Below are positions 9,509 through 18,458 of a DNA stretch of 64,000 nt, piece by piece. A program made the translations under genes and the position numbers. The notes under the pieces are model-generated. The model searched no databases. It was not told the origin of the DNA and worked only from the letters and a program-made list of their open reading frames with translations. Source of the stretch: Candidatus Colwellbacteria bacterium. GTDB taxonomy: Bacteria; Patescibacteriota; Minisyncoccia; UBA6257; Colwellbacteraceae. The stretch covers positions 7,252 through 71,251 of the forward strand of contig DAIDMW010000002.1 in the NCBI GenBank assembly GCA_027448785.1, read 5' to 3'. The stretch's first letter is position 1, and every line of letters starts with the position of its first letter.

Positions 9509-9682
9509 TTATTTTAGTTTTGCCTCCTTGTGCGCCGTACGCTTGCGGCAGCTGGAGCAGTATTTGACGTAACCCAGCTTCCTCTCCACCTGCTTCTTGT
9601 TTTTGCGGGTGTAATAGTTCATCTCCCCGCAAACGGAGCACTTCAGCCTTATTAAGTTTTCTGCCGCTTTCGACTGTGCCAT
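9509..9682 (-). CDS. rpmG: 50S ribosomal protein L33 (Zn-binding type)
   Basis: Manual translation MAQSKAAENLIRLKCSVCGEMNYYTRKNKKQVERKLGYVKYCSSCRKRTAHKEAKLK. Missing from the ORF track. Confidence 0.95.
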   Translation of the reverse strand: MAQSKAAENLIRLKCSVCGEMNYYTRKNKKQVERKLGYVKYCSSCRKRTAHKEAKLK

Positions 9683-9740
9683 TTTATTTTTCGTTGATTA
9701 TTTTGCCCTCTTTTACGCCGGTCTCGGCAACGGGACAATG

Positions 9741-9813
9741 AGCCGATGGTCGGAATCGAACCGACGACCTACTCCTTACCATGGAGTCGCTCTGCCTACT
9801 GAGCTACATCGGC
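9741..9813 (-). tRNA. tRNA-Thr(GGT)
   Basis: GCCGATG/CATCGGC acceptor, ACTCC-ATGGTAA-GGAGT. Confidence 0.95.
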
Positions 9814-9884
9814 TGGCGCGACATTGACCACTATACTTTGTTTTCTTGCTTTTGAAAACCGCGCTGCGGCCGTCGCTGTATCGG

Positions 9885-9957
9885 AGCCAGCGGTCGGAAT
9901 CGAACCGACGACCTACTGTTTACAAAACAGTTGCTCTGCCGGCTGAGCTACGCTGGC
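9885..9957 (-). tRNA. tRNA-Thr(TGT)
   Basis: GCCAGCG/CGCTGGC acceptor, ACTGT-TTTGTAA-ACAGT. Confidence 0.95.
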
Positions 9958-10002
9958 CTCTCCGCGTCCGCACAGTGGCGGTTAAGCTTTCGGCAAAGTC
10001 TG

Positions 10003-10086
10003 TGGGCAGGGAGGGATTCGAACCCCCGTAGCCGCTAGGGCGCCTGATTTACAGTCAGGTGCAATTGACCGCTCTGCCACCTGCCC
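10003..10086 (-). tRNA. tRNA-Tyr(GTA)
   Basis: GGGCAGG/CCTGCCC acceptor, CCTGA-CTGTAAA-TCAGG, long variable arm. Confidence 0.95.
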
Positions 10087-10114
10087 AGCAAACACTAATG
10101 CGAAGCCGAGGAAA

Positions 10115-10378
10115 TTATAGCTTATTGTCGCTATTATTCAACTTCCGGCTGACGATATTGTCCGCCTTGAGTATCGCAACTTTCAGGCGGCGGAGCAGCT
10201 TGTCGTAAGATCGCTTGACCGCTTCGTCTATTTTTTCCAGATACGCGCTTTTGATAAGCCTCTGGCGAACCAGTCCCGATTCCTCATTAGCCTTGACCCT
10301 CGGCAATGCCGAAGCCAAAAGGTAAACCATCACTCCGAAAGCGATGATAAGAACTAGGTTGACGACAAAGCTGTACAT
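10115..10378 (-). CDS. Hypothetical protein with N-terminal TM helix
   Basis: 87-aa ORF tightly following tsf in operon orientation. Confidence 0.65.
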   Translation of the reverse strand: MYSFVVNLVLIIAFGVMVYLLASALPRVKANEESGLVRQRLIKSAYLEKIDEAVKRSYDKLLRRLKVAILKADNIVSRKLNNSDNKL

Positions 10379-10384
10379 TATGAA

Positions 10385-10831
10385 CTAAAGCTCGTAGCGG
10401 ATGAACCGTTCGATGGTTATATTCTCCCCCACCTTGGCGATAGTCTCTTTGACCAAGTCGCCGATCGTTGTTTTTTCGTTGCGGATGAACGGCTGCTCCA
10501 GAAGAGCCGGCGCGTCAGCTGGATCCATCGCGGCGATCTGCATGGCGATGTTATGCGCCAGCTCGCGGAATGGTTCTGATCGGCCGACAAAGTCGGTTTC
10601 GCAATGTATCTCCAGCATGACTCCAATCCGGTCGTTGTGGACATACGATTCGATGATTCCGGTCGTGGCGGCGCGGCTGGCCTTTTTTTCGGCGATGATA
10701 ACTCCTCGCTCCTTAATCAGTTCCAAAGCACGGTCAAAATCTCCGTTGGCCTCCTCCAGCGCTTTTTTGCAATCCATCACTCCGGCGCTGGTCATCTCCC
10801 TAAGTTTTTGAACGTCGCTAGCTTTGATCAT
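10385..10831 (-). CDS. tsf: Elongation factor Ts (short form)
   Basis: VQKLREMTSAGVMDCKKAL, EIHCETDFV, KVGENITIERFIRY. Follows rpsB. Confidence 0.95.
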   Translation of the reverse strand: MIKASDVQKLREMTSAGVMDCKKALEEANGDFDRALELIKERGVIIAEKKASRAATTGIIESYVHNDRIGVMLEIHCETDFVGRSEPFRELAHNIAMQIAAMDPADAPALLEQPFIRNEKTTIGDLVKETIAKVGENITIERFIRYEL

Positions 10832-10833
10832 TT

Positions 10834-11631
10834 TTATTGTTCGTTTTTTACTTCTTCTTGCTTGGCGGCCGATTCGAACTCCTTTCTGCCCTCCTTGATG
10901 GCGCGGCCGACAACCTCTATTACATTGTCTATCACCTGCACCGACTTGTCATTAACCGGAATGGCATAGTCGGCCAAATCAGGATTGGCGTTGGTGTTCA
11001 CAGTCGCAATGACGGCGACGCCGGCCTTCCTCGCCTCGCGGGCCGCTAGCGTATTATTTTTTAAATCGACTACGAAGGCGATTGTCGGTATCCGGTCGAG
11101 ATAAAAGAGGCCGTGGAAAAACTTGTCCAACCTCTCGAGTTCCTTCATAATGCTAAACCTTTCTTTCTTCGTGTATTTTTCTAGCCGTCCCCCTTCCTGA
11201 TCCTCCTTGAGCTTCCGGAGCTGTGAGATGCGCTGCGAAATGACACGGAAGTTGGTCAGAGTTCCCCCGAGCCACCTCTCGGTGACGTACGGCATCTGCA
11301 ACTCATCCGCCAGGCTCTTTACGGCGTTCTTGGCAGCTGGCGTCGTGCCGACGAAAAGAATGGTTCCGCCGCTCCTGGCTTTAGCTTTAAGAACTTCAGC
11401 GGCCTTATCCAGAGCTTCGACGGTCTTTTCCAAGTCGATAACCTCGACTCCCGAACGGGTCGCGACGATGTAGGGGCGCATCTTCGGATTGGTCCTAGAC
11501 TTGCTTAACCCGTAAAAGGCTCCGATTTCCATCAAGGATTTTATTCTTGCCTCCTCGGCTTCATTCAACTGCCTGGCGGGAGCTTCTTCTACAGCGGCAT
11601 TCTCTACCGCGTCTTCTAATATCTGATCCAT
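10834..11631 (-). CDS. rpsB: 30S ribosomal protein S2
   Basis: NPKMRPYI, ILFVGT, ERWLGGTLTNF, IPVND. Confidence 0.96.
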   Translation of the reverse strand: MDQILEDAVENAAVEEAPARQLNEAEEARIKSLMEIGAFYGLSKSRTNPKMRPYIVATRSGVEVIDLEKTVEALDKAAEVLKAKARSGGTILFVGTTPAAKNAVKSLADELQMPYVTERWLGGTLTNFRVISQRISQLRKLKEDQEGGRLEKYTKKERFSIMKELERLDKFFHGLFYLDRIPTIAFVVDLKNNTLAAREARKAGVAVIATVNTNANPDLADYAIPVNDKSVQVIDNVIEVVGRAIKEGRKEFESAAKQEEVKNEQ

Positions 11632-11648
11632 ACGGGCGAATTATAACT

Positions 11649-12332
11649 TTATTTTGCCTTGTGTTCAAGCCTCCACTTCTCAATCGCTCGGTGGTTGCCT
11701 GAAAGCAACTCCTTGGGCACCAGGTATTTTTTTCCCCTCCGGGTGAAAACCTCGGGCCGAGTGAACACCGGGACCCCTACCCCGTGGCGCATTTCTTCAA
11801 TCGACTCCCCTTTGCCGAGCACTCCCGGCAGGCGTCGCGATACCGCGTCTATAACCGCCATTGCCGGGACCTCGCCGCCGGTCAGAACGTACGGGCCGAT
11901 TGAAATTTCACTCACTTTCCATCCGGATTTTTTCAAAATAGGGACGAGACGGGCGTCGATTCCCTCATAATGGCCGCAGACGAAAATCAGGTGCTTTCGC
12001 CTCCTGGCCCACAAGTCGGCCGTTTTTTGATCGAATTGCTTTCCGCCGGCGGCGAAAACAACGACCTCGGTTTCGCTTTTTTTAGCGCTAGCCCCCAATG
12101 CTTTGGCAACACGATCCATCGCCGATACGAGCGGCTGGAGCATCAAGACCATTCCAGGGCCGCCGCCGTAAGGTCGGTCATCGACTTTCTTGTGCTTGCT
12201 TTCGGAAAATCCGCGCAAATCGTGGAGCCGTATTTTTATCAATTTATTCTTCTCCGCCCGACCGATAATCGACTCCTCCAAGTATCCTTTTATCGAATTC
12301 GGAAAAATGGTTATTACGTCGAAAGTTGTCAT
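11649..12332 (-). CDS. trmD: tRNA (guanine37-N1)-methyltransferase
   Basis: VDDRPYGGGPGM, CGHYEGIDAR, SIGPYVLTGGE, LLSGNH. Confidence 0.97.
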   Translation of the reverse strand: MTTFDVITIFPNSIKGYLEESIIGRAEKNKLIKIRLHDLRGFSESKHKKVDDRPYGGGPGMVLMLQPLVSAMDRVAKALGASAKKSETEVVVFAAGGKQFDQKTADLWARRRKHLIFVCGHYEGIDARLVPILKKSGWKVSEISIGPYVLTGGEVPAMAVIDAVSRRLPGVLGKGESIEEMRHGVGVPVFTRPEVFTRRGKKYLVPKELLSGNHRAIEKWRLEHKAK

Positions 12333-12406
12333 TTTAAATTAAAGAAGCGGCCGCGGCTGCGCAAGATGTATTCAGCCGAGGCCGCCAACGCGCGCTTAGC
12401 CGCTTC

Positions 12407-12727
12407 TTAAGAAGTCGCTCCTCCGTACTCCTCGAAACCGTTCTCTTCGCGCCGATTTTCCGACGGCTTGCGGCCGCCCTCCGGTTCCTCGATCTTCAAA
12501 GTAACGCGAGCGTTGTTCTTAATGCCGACAATTCGTAATAAAGAACGGATCGCTTTCGCGGTGCTGCCGTCTCGGCCAATAACCTGTCCCATGTCCTGCG
12601 GACTTACTTTCAGGGTCAGTAAAACGCCCATTTCGTCTATTTTCCGATCGATCTTGACCTCTTCGGGATGATCAACGATAGACTTAATGATAAATTCAAG
12701 GAACTTCTCGTCAGCTTGATCTGCCAT
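12407..12727 (-). CDS. khpA: KH-domain RNA-binding protein
   Basis: DMGQVIGRDGSTAKAIRSLL. Sits between rpsP and trmD. Confidence 0.9.
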   Translation of the reverse strand: MADQADEKFLEFIIKSIVDHPEEVKIDRKIDEMGVLLTLKVSPQDMGQVIGRDGSTAKAIRSLLRIVGIKNNARVTLKIEEPEGGRKPSENRREENGFEEYGGATS

Positions 12728-12777
12728 GAGTTCTTCTGAGTTTTTTCGACCTTTGAGGCCTCTTATTCAGTAAAGCG

Positions 12778-13044
12778 TTACTCAGCAGCCCCTTTTTGCG
12801 GAGCCGCTTCTTTCTTAGGTTTGAACTTCCGTAAAACCATCTGAGCGGTTAGGGTCGGCTTGGCACCCTGGTTGATCCAGTACCGAGCTCTTTCGAGGTT
12901 GATATCCGAAGAGTTCGTGTGGGGATTGTACCACCCCAGATCCTCGACGAACTTTCCCTGGAGCTTGCTGCGCTTTTCTTGCACAACCAAACGAAAAGAG
13001 CGAGCGTGCTTCTTGCCGACGATTTTCAGTCTTATAGCCAACAT
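12778..13044 (-). CDS. rpsP: 30S ribosomal protein S16
   Basis: MLAIRLKIVGKK...EDLGWYNP...WINQGAKPT. Confidence 0.97.
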   Translation of the reverse strand: MLAIRLKIVGKKHARSFRLVVQEKRSKLQGKFVEDLGWYNPHTNSSDINLERARYWINQGAKPTLTAQMVLRKFKPKKEAAPQKGAAE

Positions 13045-13053
13045 GATTTTTCA

Positions 13054-13081
13054 ATTATAGCAATCAGCGGTTCTTTGTCAA
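13054..13081 (-). promoter_or_regulatory. sigma70 promoter of rpsP
   Basis: TTGACA-16 bp-TATAAT with TGn extension, 9 nt before the ATG. Confidence 0.72.
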
Positions 13082-15201
13082 AGCTTGGCGGAAGTTTGCC
13101 CTTCCGGAGACAGCTTTAGCGAGAGGATGCGTGACGCTCCTTCGGGGGTCATTGTCACTCCGTAGAGGATGTCTGCCGCCTCCATAACAGCGCGATTATG
13201 AGTGACGATTATGAACTGTGTCTTGCGGGCAAACTTCTTGATCATCTCCCCTAAGCGGCGGGCGTTGCGCTCATCGAGGGTCGCGTCGATTTCGTCTAAA
13301 ACCAGGAAGGGCGGCGGACTGACCGAAATGAGGGCGAAGAGCGCGGCGATGGAAACCAAACTCTTCTCCCCGCCGGAAAGCGCTTCGAGGTTCTTGATGC
13401 GCTTCCGCGGCAGATCGATGTCTATCTCCACCCCCGGGACCCGGTCCGCCTCCGCTGCACCATTCTCGCCTAGACCGGTCTCGACTTTCTCCATGCTCAG
13501 ACGTCCGCTGCCTCCGTCAAACATTATCTTCATAAACTTATCGAACTCTTCGTTAATCGATTTGAATGCCGCGGAAAAGTTTTCGTGAATCTGGCCGTCC
13601 AGCTCTTTAATGAGCGTCTTTAGGTCGGCAATCGACTTTTCCAGATCGGAAACCTGGCTCACCAGAAACTCATGCCGAGCCTCTGTCTCCTCCGCCTCTT
13701 TCACCGTCCCTTGGTCGATATCCCCGATCGAGGCTAGTTCCTGACGGTAGCGCAAAATCTGGCGTTTAACCGCCTCGCGCTCCTCTTCCGGAAAACTTCC
13801 GACGCCTTCCTTTACCTCGCCGATGCTGCGCCCAGCCTCGGACAGCTCACGCGCAATCTCCTGGAGGCGAAACTCGAGTCTTTCCTTATTCAAAAGCAAA
13901 CGGTTCAACCGCTGAATGAAGGCCTCGGTTTCCCTTTTCTTCCCCTCAAGCGTCAAAAACGCCTGGCGGAACTTTTCGTTAAAATCACGAATGCCGGAGC
14001 TGAAACCCTCTTCATCTTTTTCCAGCTCAGCCATTCCTTTCTCAAGTTCGGCAATCTTTTCGGCGATAAGCCGTCTTTCTTCTCCGGTATCGGGGATCTC
14101 CTCGCGGCGCTCGTCGGTTTCCCTAAATAGCTCTGACAGCGATTCGAGTTTTCCCCGAACTGCCGCAAAGTCCTCCTCACGCAAGGCTTCGCCGATAAGG
14201 CGCTTAGCCTCGGCCACTATCTCTTTCAATCTGACGACATCGACTCCACCTTGGCGCGCGCCGATTTCCAGCCTCGCCTCGATTCGACCTAATTCTTTCT
14301 GCAACTCGCCTTTCTTGGCCAGTAAATCGTCCTTGCGCAGCTTGATGAATTTCAGCGACTCGGCCGCCGCCGGCTCCGAATTCTTGATACGGATCAACTC
14401 CTCTTCCGATGTTCTCTCTTCTTCTTTCTTCAGAGAGATTTCTCTCTCCACCTCCTGGCGTTCCTTCTCCAGCTCAGACAATTCGCGATTGATGCTCCAA
14501 ACTTGCCCGCCGTAAAAGCGATCTTCCAATTCTGTAAGCGACTGCATTATCGCTTCGCGATTTCGGTAGCGCGTCACCTGGCGCCGTAAAAAGCTAAGAT
14601 GCGGCTTGATCTCTTCGATCAGGGCCGCAGCTTTCTCCAGGTTATCCTCAGAGTTTTTCAGACGGCGTTCGGCTTCGGCTTTCTTCAAACGGAACTCCTT
14701 CAATCCTAGGATCTCTTCTATCATCACTCGGCGCTCCATCGGCAGCGAGCGGATGAAAATGTCGCTCTCCCCCTGATTGACCGTGGTGAGCCCGCGAGCG
14801 CCCAGCCGCGACTTGGCGAAAAAATCGATGATATCCTTCAGCCTGACTTCCGACTTATTTAAAAAAACCTGCGTAGTCCCGTCTCGGCTGATGCGGCGGG
14901 ACACTGAAACCTCATTGAAATCAACCGGAAAGAATCCGGTAGAGTTGTCGAAGAATAGCGTGGCCTGCGCCAGGCCGGCCCGCGACTTGTTCTGAGTGCC
15001 GGCAAAAATCAAATCTTCGGCGCGTCCGCTACGGAGGTTCTTCGCGTCGCGTTCTCCCAAAATCCAACGCAAGGCGTCAGTGATATTAGACTTGCCCGAG
15101 CCGTTCGGCCCGACTACGGCTATTATGTTGCCGTCGAGATCGAGAGTGATTTTATCGGCAAAGGACTTGAATCCCTGCAGCTCAAGGCGTTTAAGAAACA
15201 T
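13078..15201 (-). CDS. smc: SMC-family chromosome segregation ATPase (short, apparently hinge-less)
   Basis: GFKSFAD, VGPNGSGKSN Walker A, LSGGEKS signature, VLDEIDATLD Walker B. rnc-smc synteny. Confidence 0.88.
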   Translation of the reverse strand: MFLKRLELQGFKSFADKITLDLDGNIIAVVGPNGSGKSNITDALRWILGERDAKNLRSGRAEDLIFAGTQNKSRAGLAQATLFFDNSTGFFPVDFNEVSVSRRISRDGTTQVFLNKSEVRLKDIIDFFAKSRLGARGLTTVNQGESDIFIRSLPMERRVMIEEILGLKEFRLKKAEAERRLKNSEDNLEKAAALIEEIKPHLSFLRRQVTRYRNREAIMQSLTELEDRFYGGQVWSINRELSELEKERQEVEREISLKKEEERTSEEELIRIKNSEPAAAESLKFIKLRKDDLLAKKGELQKELGRIEARLEIGARQGGVDVVRLKEIVAEAKRLIGEALREEDFAAVRGKLESLSELFRETDERREEIPDTGEERRLIAEKIAELEKGMAELEKDEEGFSSGIRDFNEKFRQAFLTLEGKKRETEAFIQRLNRLLLNKERLEFRLQEIARELSEAGRSIGEVKEGVGSFPEEEREAVKRQILRYRQELASIGDIDQGTVKEAEETEARHEFLVSQVSDLEKSIADLKTLIKELDGQIHENFSAAFKSINEEFDKFMKIMFDGGSGRLSMEKVETGLGENGAAEADRVPGVEIDIDLPRKRIKNLEALSGGEKSLVSIAALFALISVSPPPFLVLDEIDATLDERNARRLGEMIKKFARKTQFIIVTHNRAVMEAADILYGVTMTPEGASRILSLKLSPEGQTSAKL

Positions 15202-15916
15202 GATTTTCGCTCTTCAATTCCATCAAAGCTTTTTCGGCGGCGCTGATCTCCGCTTCTTGTTTCGAACCTCCCTCGCCTTCGGACTGTAGCTCTTCTCCGA
15301 AGTACAATCCAACTTTAAACACCCTTTCGTGCGCCGGCCCACTTTCGGAAATCACTTTGTATGTCGGCGTAAGCTTCAACTTCTCCTGAGCGATCTCCTG
15401 CACCAAGCTCTTCGGATCCTTTCCGCCAGAACGCAAAACCTCTTCAATGTTGGGAAAAATGAATTTGGCGATGAACTGCTTGGCCGCGGCGAATCCGGCG
15501 TCCAGATAGACGGCGCCGATGATAGCCTCGACGGCATCTGCCATGATAGACTCGTGTCCCTTGGCTTTGCCGAACTCTTTCGCCTCCCCCTTCGAAACCA
15601 AAAGCTTGCCAGCCAAGCCAATCTGCTCAGCAACGCGCCCGAGCATCTTATAATTGACGAGCGCCGCGCGATAGGCGGTAAGTTCCCCCTCCTCTTTGTC
15701 GGGCAAAAGCTTGAAAAGCTCTTCGGTAACGACAAGCTCCAGCACCGCATCGCCCAAGAACTCCAAGCGCTCATTGTTGTCGTACTGCCAGCCGGGGTTT
15801 TCGTTAAGATAGGAGCGGTGCGTCAGCGCTTCCTGCAGCAGATCTTTATTATGAAAATCGGTTCCGATTTCCTTCTCCAGCTCACTCAAAAGATTCATCT
15901 TTTTTCTCAGAAACAT
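15191..15916 (-). CDS. rnc: Ribonuclease III
   Basis: [20 protein letters not shown]-terminal dsRBD. True start may be a few codons downstream. Confidence 0.97.
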   Translation of the reverse strand: MFLRKKMNLLSELEKEIGTDFHNKDLLQEALTHRSYLNENPGWQYDNNERLEFLGDAVLELVVTEELFKLLPDKEEGELTAYRAALVNYKMLGRVAEQIGLAGKLLVSKGEAKEFGKAKGHESIMADAVEAIIGAVYLDAGFAAAKQFIAKFIFPNIEEVLRSGGKDPKSLVQEIAQEKLKLTPTYKVISESGPAHERVFKVGLYFGEELQSEGEGGSKQEAEISAAEKALMELKSENHVS

Positions 15917-16382
15917 TGTTATCCGGACTGCCCACAGGCGGGGTTTTCACGTCCGCGTTCGGATCGATCTGTCGGTAAATAGTGCCCAAGACCCCGTTGA
16001 TGAATTTGCTAGAGTTCTGCCCCCCGTAAGTTTTGGCCAACTCCACAGCTTCATTGATCGCCACCCTCGGCGGAACGTCCATCGTCTTCCCATAAATAAG
16101 CTCGTAAAGCCCGATGCGCAAAATATTGCGATCGATAAGTGAAAGTTTCTCCACCGGCCAATCCGGAGCGGCCATGCCGATTATCTTATTCAATTCATCA
16201 AACTTCCCCTGCACCCCTTCGGTCAGGGAGTAAACGTATTTAAAGTCCCGATCTTCGAACCCGGGTCCGAATTCGGCAACATTGCGATCGACTACCGCTT
16301 TTAACTCCTCCTGTCGATCGTAAAAATCCCATTCGTAGAGAGACTGCAAAACCAGTGATCTTCCTAGCGCTCGCGAAGCCAT
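15882..16382 (-). CDS. nusB: Transcription antitermination factor NusB
   Basis: [34 protein letters not shown]. Confidence 0.96.
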   Translation of the reverse strand: MASRALGRSLVLQSLYEWDFYDRQEELKAVVDRNVAEFGPGFEDRDFKYVYSLTEGVQGKFDELNKIIGMAAPDWPVEKLSLIDRNILRIGLYELIYGKTMDVPPRVAINEAVELAKTYGGQNSSKFINGVLGTIYRQIDPNADVKTPPVGSPDNNVSEKKDESFE

Positions 16383-16442
16383 GAGTTTTATTTTTTTATA
16401 GGTTCTGGTGTTAACGAGTCTGATTAAAGCTTGCTTTAACTC

Positions 16443-16604
16443 CTATTTTTCCGCGGACGAATAATAGCCGCAATGCCGGCAAGCGCGGTGCGGAAGCATC
16501 GGGAACTTGCATTTCGGACACTCCGACAGATTGGTCGGTTTGAGCGCCAGATGGCTGCGCCTTCTCCCCACTTTGGAAACGCTGTGATGGCTTGATCTTC
16601 CCAT
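16443..16604 (-). CDS. rpmF: 50S ribosomal protein L32
   Basis: Manual translation [53 protein letters not shown]. Missing from the ORF track. Confidence 0.94.
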   Translation of the reverse strand: MGRSSHHSVSKVGRRRSHLALKPTNLSECPKCKFPMLPHRACRHCGYYSSAEK

Positions 16605-16694
16605 AGTTTTTAATCGATTAACGTTTTATGAGTATAGTTTTTGCCGGAGAAAAGTCAACTCGCCGGCCGCGCCACTGCCCTTATAATCAACAAG

Positions 16695-16728
16695 GCCGGC
16701 TGGACCTTATCCAGCCGGCTCTTTTTTT
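16695..16728. terminator. GC-rich hairpin / probable intrinsic terminator
   Basis: GCCGGCTGGA-CCTTA-TCCAGCCGGC with a T-run on the plus strand. Confidence 0.6.
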
Positions 16729-16737
16729 CGTAGTTAG

Positions 16738-16944
16738 TTAGTCGAACCTGTTTTCAGCGACGTGGCGCTTGATCTCTTCGGATAACAGTTTGACATGGCT
16801 TTCGTAGTCGGCCTCCAGCTTAGCCCAGAGGGCGCTGCAGTGCGAACAGCCGCTGGCAGTCTTAGCATAATCCTTCATCCGCCAGAGGCTGTCGGAGATC
16901 TCGGACATCTGGTGAACTAAATCGTGGTTCCAATCTTTAAGCAT
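16738..16944 (-). CDS. Small helical protein with CxxC (ferritin-like hairpin)
   Basis: 68-aa ORF with its own TATACT -10 and an AAAGGTCGA 5' motif. Contains DSLWR...GCSHC...W...H. Confidence 0.7.
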   Translation of the reverse strand: MLKDWNHDLVHQMSEISDSLWRMKDYAKTASGCSHCSALWAKLEADYESHVKLLSEEIKRHVAENRFD

Positions 16945-16983
16945 GAGAACATAATTGATTCGTTCGACCTTTAACTAAGTATA

Positions 16984-17195
16984 GCGCAAAGGAAGCGTAA
17001 AGATAAAAGCGCAAAGCGCAAAAGAACGAAAATTCTAAATCTGAAATACTAAATCTGAAACAAATTCGAAATTGTAAATAAGAAATCACAAACACGGACG
17101 TGTTTAGGAAGCGCAAAACTAAAAACTAAAAGCGAAAAACAACAATAGATCGTCAGTTGTTAATTCTTTTGCATTTTGCGCTTTTAGGTTTGCGC
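16984..17195. repeat. Heptamer palindromic element, copy 3 (composite, with an AAATCCG-class inner module)
   Basis: Outer arm, then AAATTCTAAATCTGAAATACTAAATCTGAAACAAATTCGAAATT, then a second complete arm pair. Abuts the stop codon at 17196. Confidence 0.85.
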
Positions 17196-18458
17196 TTATT
17201 GTGGCTTCTCGGTGTTGTAAATGTCCTGGATCTGCGTGGAAGTCAGAGCAGCGTCAAATAATTTAGCCCTATCCAGCTCGCCACTCCAGAACTCGTGATA
17301 GCTCCCATAAAAATCGGCGCCGAAAGCAAGTGGATTAGTAGAACTATAGTTGATTGTCCCGCCGGGTAATGCGCCTTGCGCAACCAAGTTGCCGTTAACA
17401 TACAAGTATTGACCCGTCTCGGTAACGACATACGCTATAAAAGTCCAAGAGTTGAACGGAACGACATAAGAGGAATCGCCAATCCATTGCCATCCTCCAT
17501 TGGTAAAACTGACGCTCGCTCCAGGATTACAAGAAGGATTGAGCAGGATCCTCGGTCCCGGGTCGGCGGCCATTATATACATCCCCTCATTGCTTCCGCA
17601 GGAAGTTACCGGATCGATCCAAATAGTTTCGCTTAGCGGAGGGTTTATTTGGGTAGAGGTTGGTAGACTTATATAATCGTCGGTTCCGTCAAAAAGATAA
17701 CAATACCCTTTTACGCACCCTTGAACCTTATGAAACGGACCCGTACCCGTTGATGTCGCGTCACCTAAAATTCCATTATTATTTAAGCCAGACGAATCAA
17801 CCGTTACCGCTCCGACTCCAGACGCAAGATTATCAAACTCCCAACTACCAACTAAACCGTGTAAAAACGGCGTAAGCGCCAAGTCGTTGCCAACTTCATA
17901 AGTGGTCGGATCGACGCCGCCGTCAGCGGCGGCCGTCGCCTGGTACTTATTTGACTCAAAATAAGCCGTTAACTCGTAATTAGTGCCGTTGGTCGCGTAA
18001 GTATAATACTCTCCGCCGGTCGGCGAGTTTGTCGGATCGACCGGCAAAGCCGAGATCGGCGAACCGCCCGGAATTTGCGAGAGGTTGACCGGCATCCAGC
18101 CTGTGCCGTTCGTATTGAATAAGTTTTGCTGCGAAACGCAGTTGTAGGTCCAGCCCGTCGGTAGCGCCGGCAAACCTAAAGAGGAACAGGTCGAGGTCTG
18201 GCTGCCGGTCAGAGTCGGGTCGGGCAAGGAGACATAAACGACATCCGGCGATCCCAAACCCGTAGCGCCGGGGCCTTGGTAGATATACGAAGCGACAGCC
18301 TGGTTAATGGAACCTAAATCCCCTATCCGGCGCACGTCGCGCCCCTGTGCCAAAAGCTGCGCCGGATTTATCACCAAAACGACCGTCGCCGCCATAATGC
18401 CGATGAGAGTTATCGTTATCAAAAGCTCGACGAGAGTAAAAGAGTCTTGTGACCTCAT
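17196..18458 (-). CDS. Prepilin-type N-terminal cleavage/methylation protein with C-terminal LamG-like (concanavalin A) domain
   Basis: SFTLVELLITI class III signal, ARD-like GRDVRRIGDL, LPVDP pilin motif, GLVGSWEFD...FDGTDDYI...WTFIAY...LYVNG...ALTSTQI LamG signature. Confidence 0.85.
   Translation of the reverse strand: MRSQDSFTLVELLITITLIGIMAATVVLVINPAQLLAQGRDVRRIGDLGSINQAVASYIYQGPGATGLGSPDVVYVSLPDPTLTGSQTSTCSSLGLPALPTGWTYNCVSQQNLFNTNGTGWMPVNLSQIPGGSPISALPVDPTNSPTGGEYYTYATNGTNYELTAYFESNKYQATAAADGGVDPTTYEVGNDLALTPFLHGLVGSWEFDNLASGVGAVTVDSSGLNNNGILGDATSTGTGPFHKVQGCVKGYCYLFDGTDDYISLPTSTQINPPLSETIWIDPVTSCGSNEGMYIMAADPGPRILLNPSCNPGASVSFTNGGWQWIGDSSYVVPFNSWTFIAYVVTETGQYLYVNGNLVAQGALPGGTINYSSTNPLAFGADFYGSYHEFWSGELDRAKLFDAALTSTQIQDIYNTEKPQ

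Noticed and set aside
10385-10831. Short EF-Ts, truncated AlaS and PheT, and gatB missing from gatCA as possible pseudogenisation
   Set aside because: Frames and catalytic motifs are intact. Domain trimming and split operons are expected in reduced genomes.
12341-12408. Nested inverted repeat between khpA and trmD
   Set aside because: Single occurrence, compatible with an ordinary terminator or processing hairpin.
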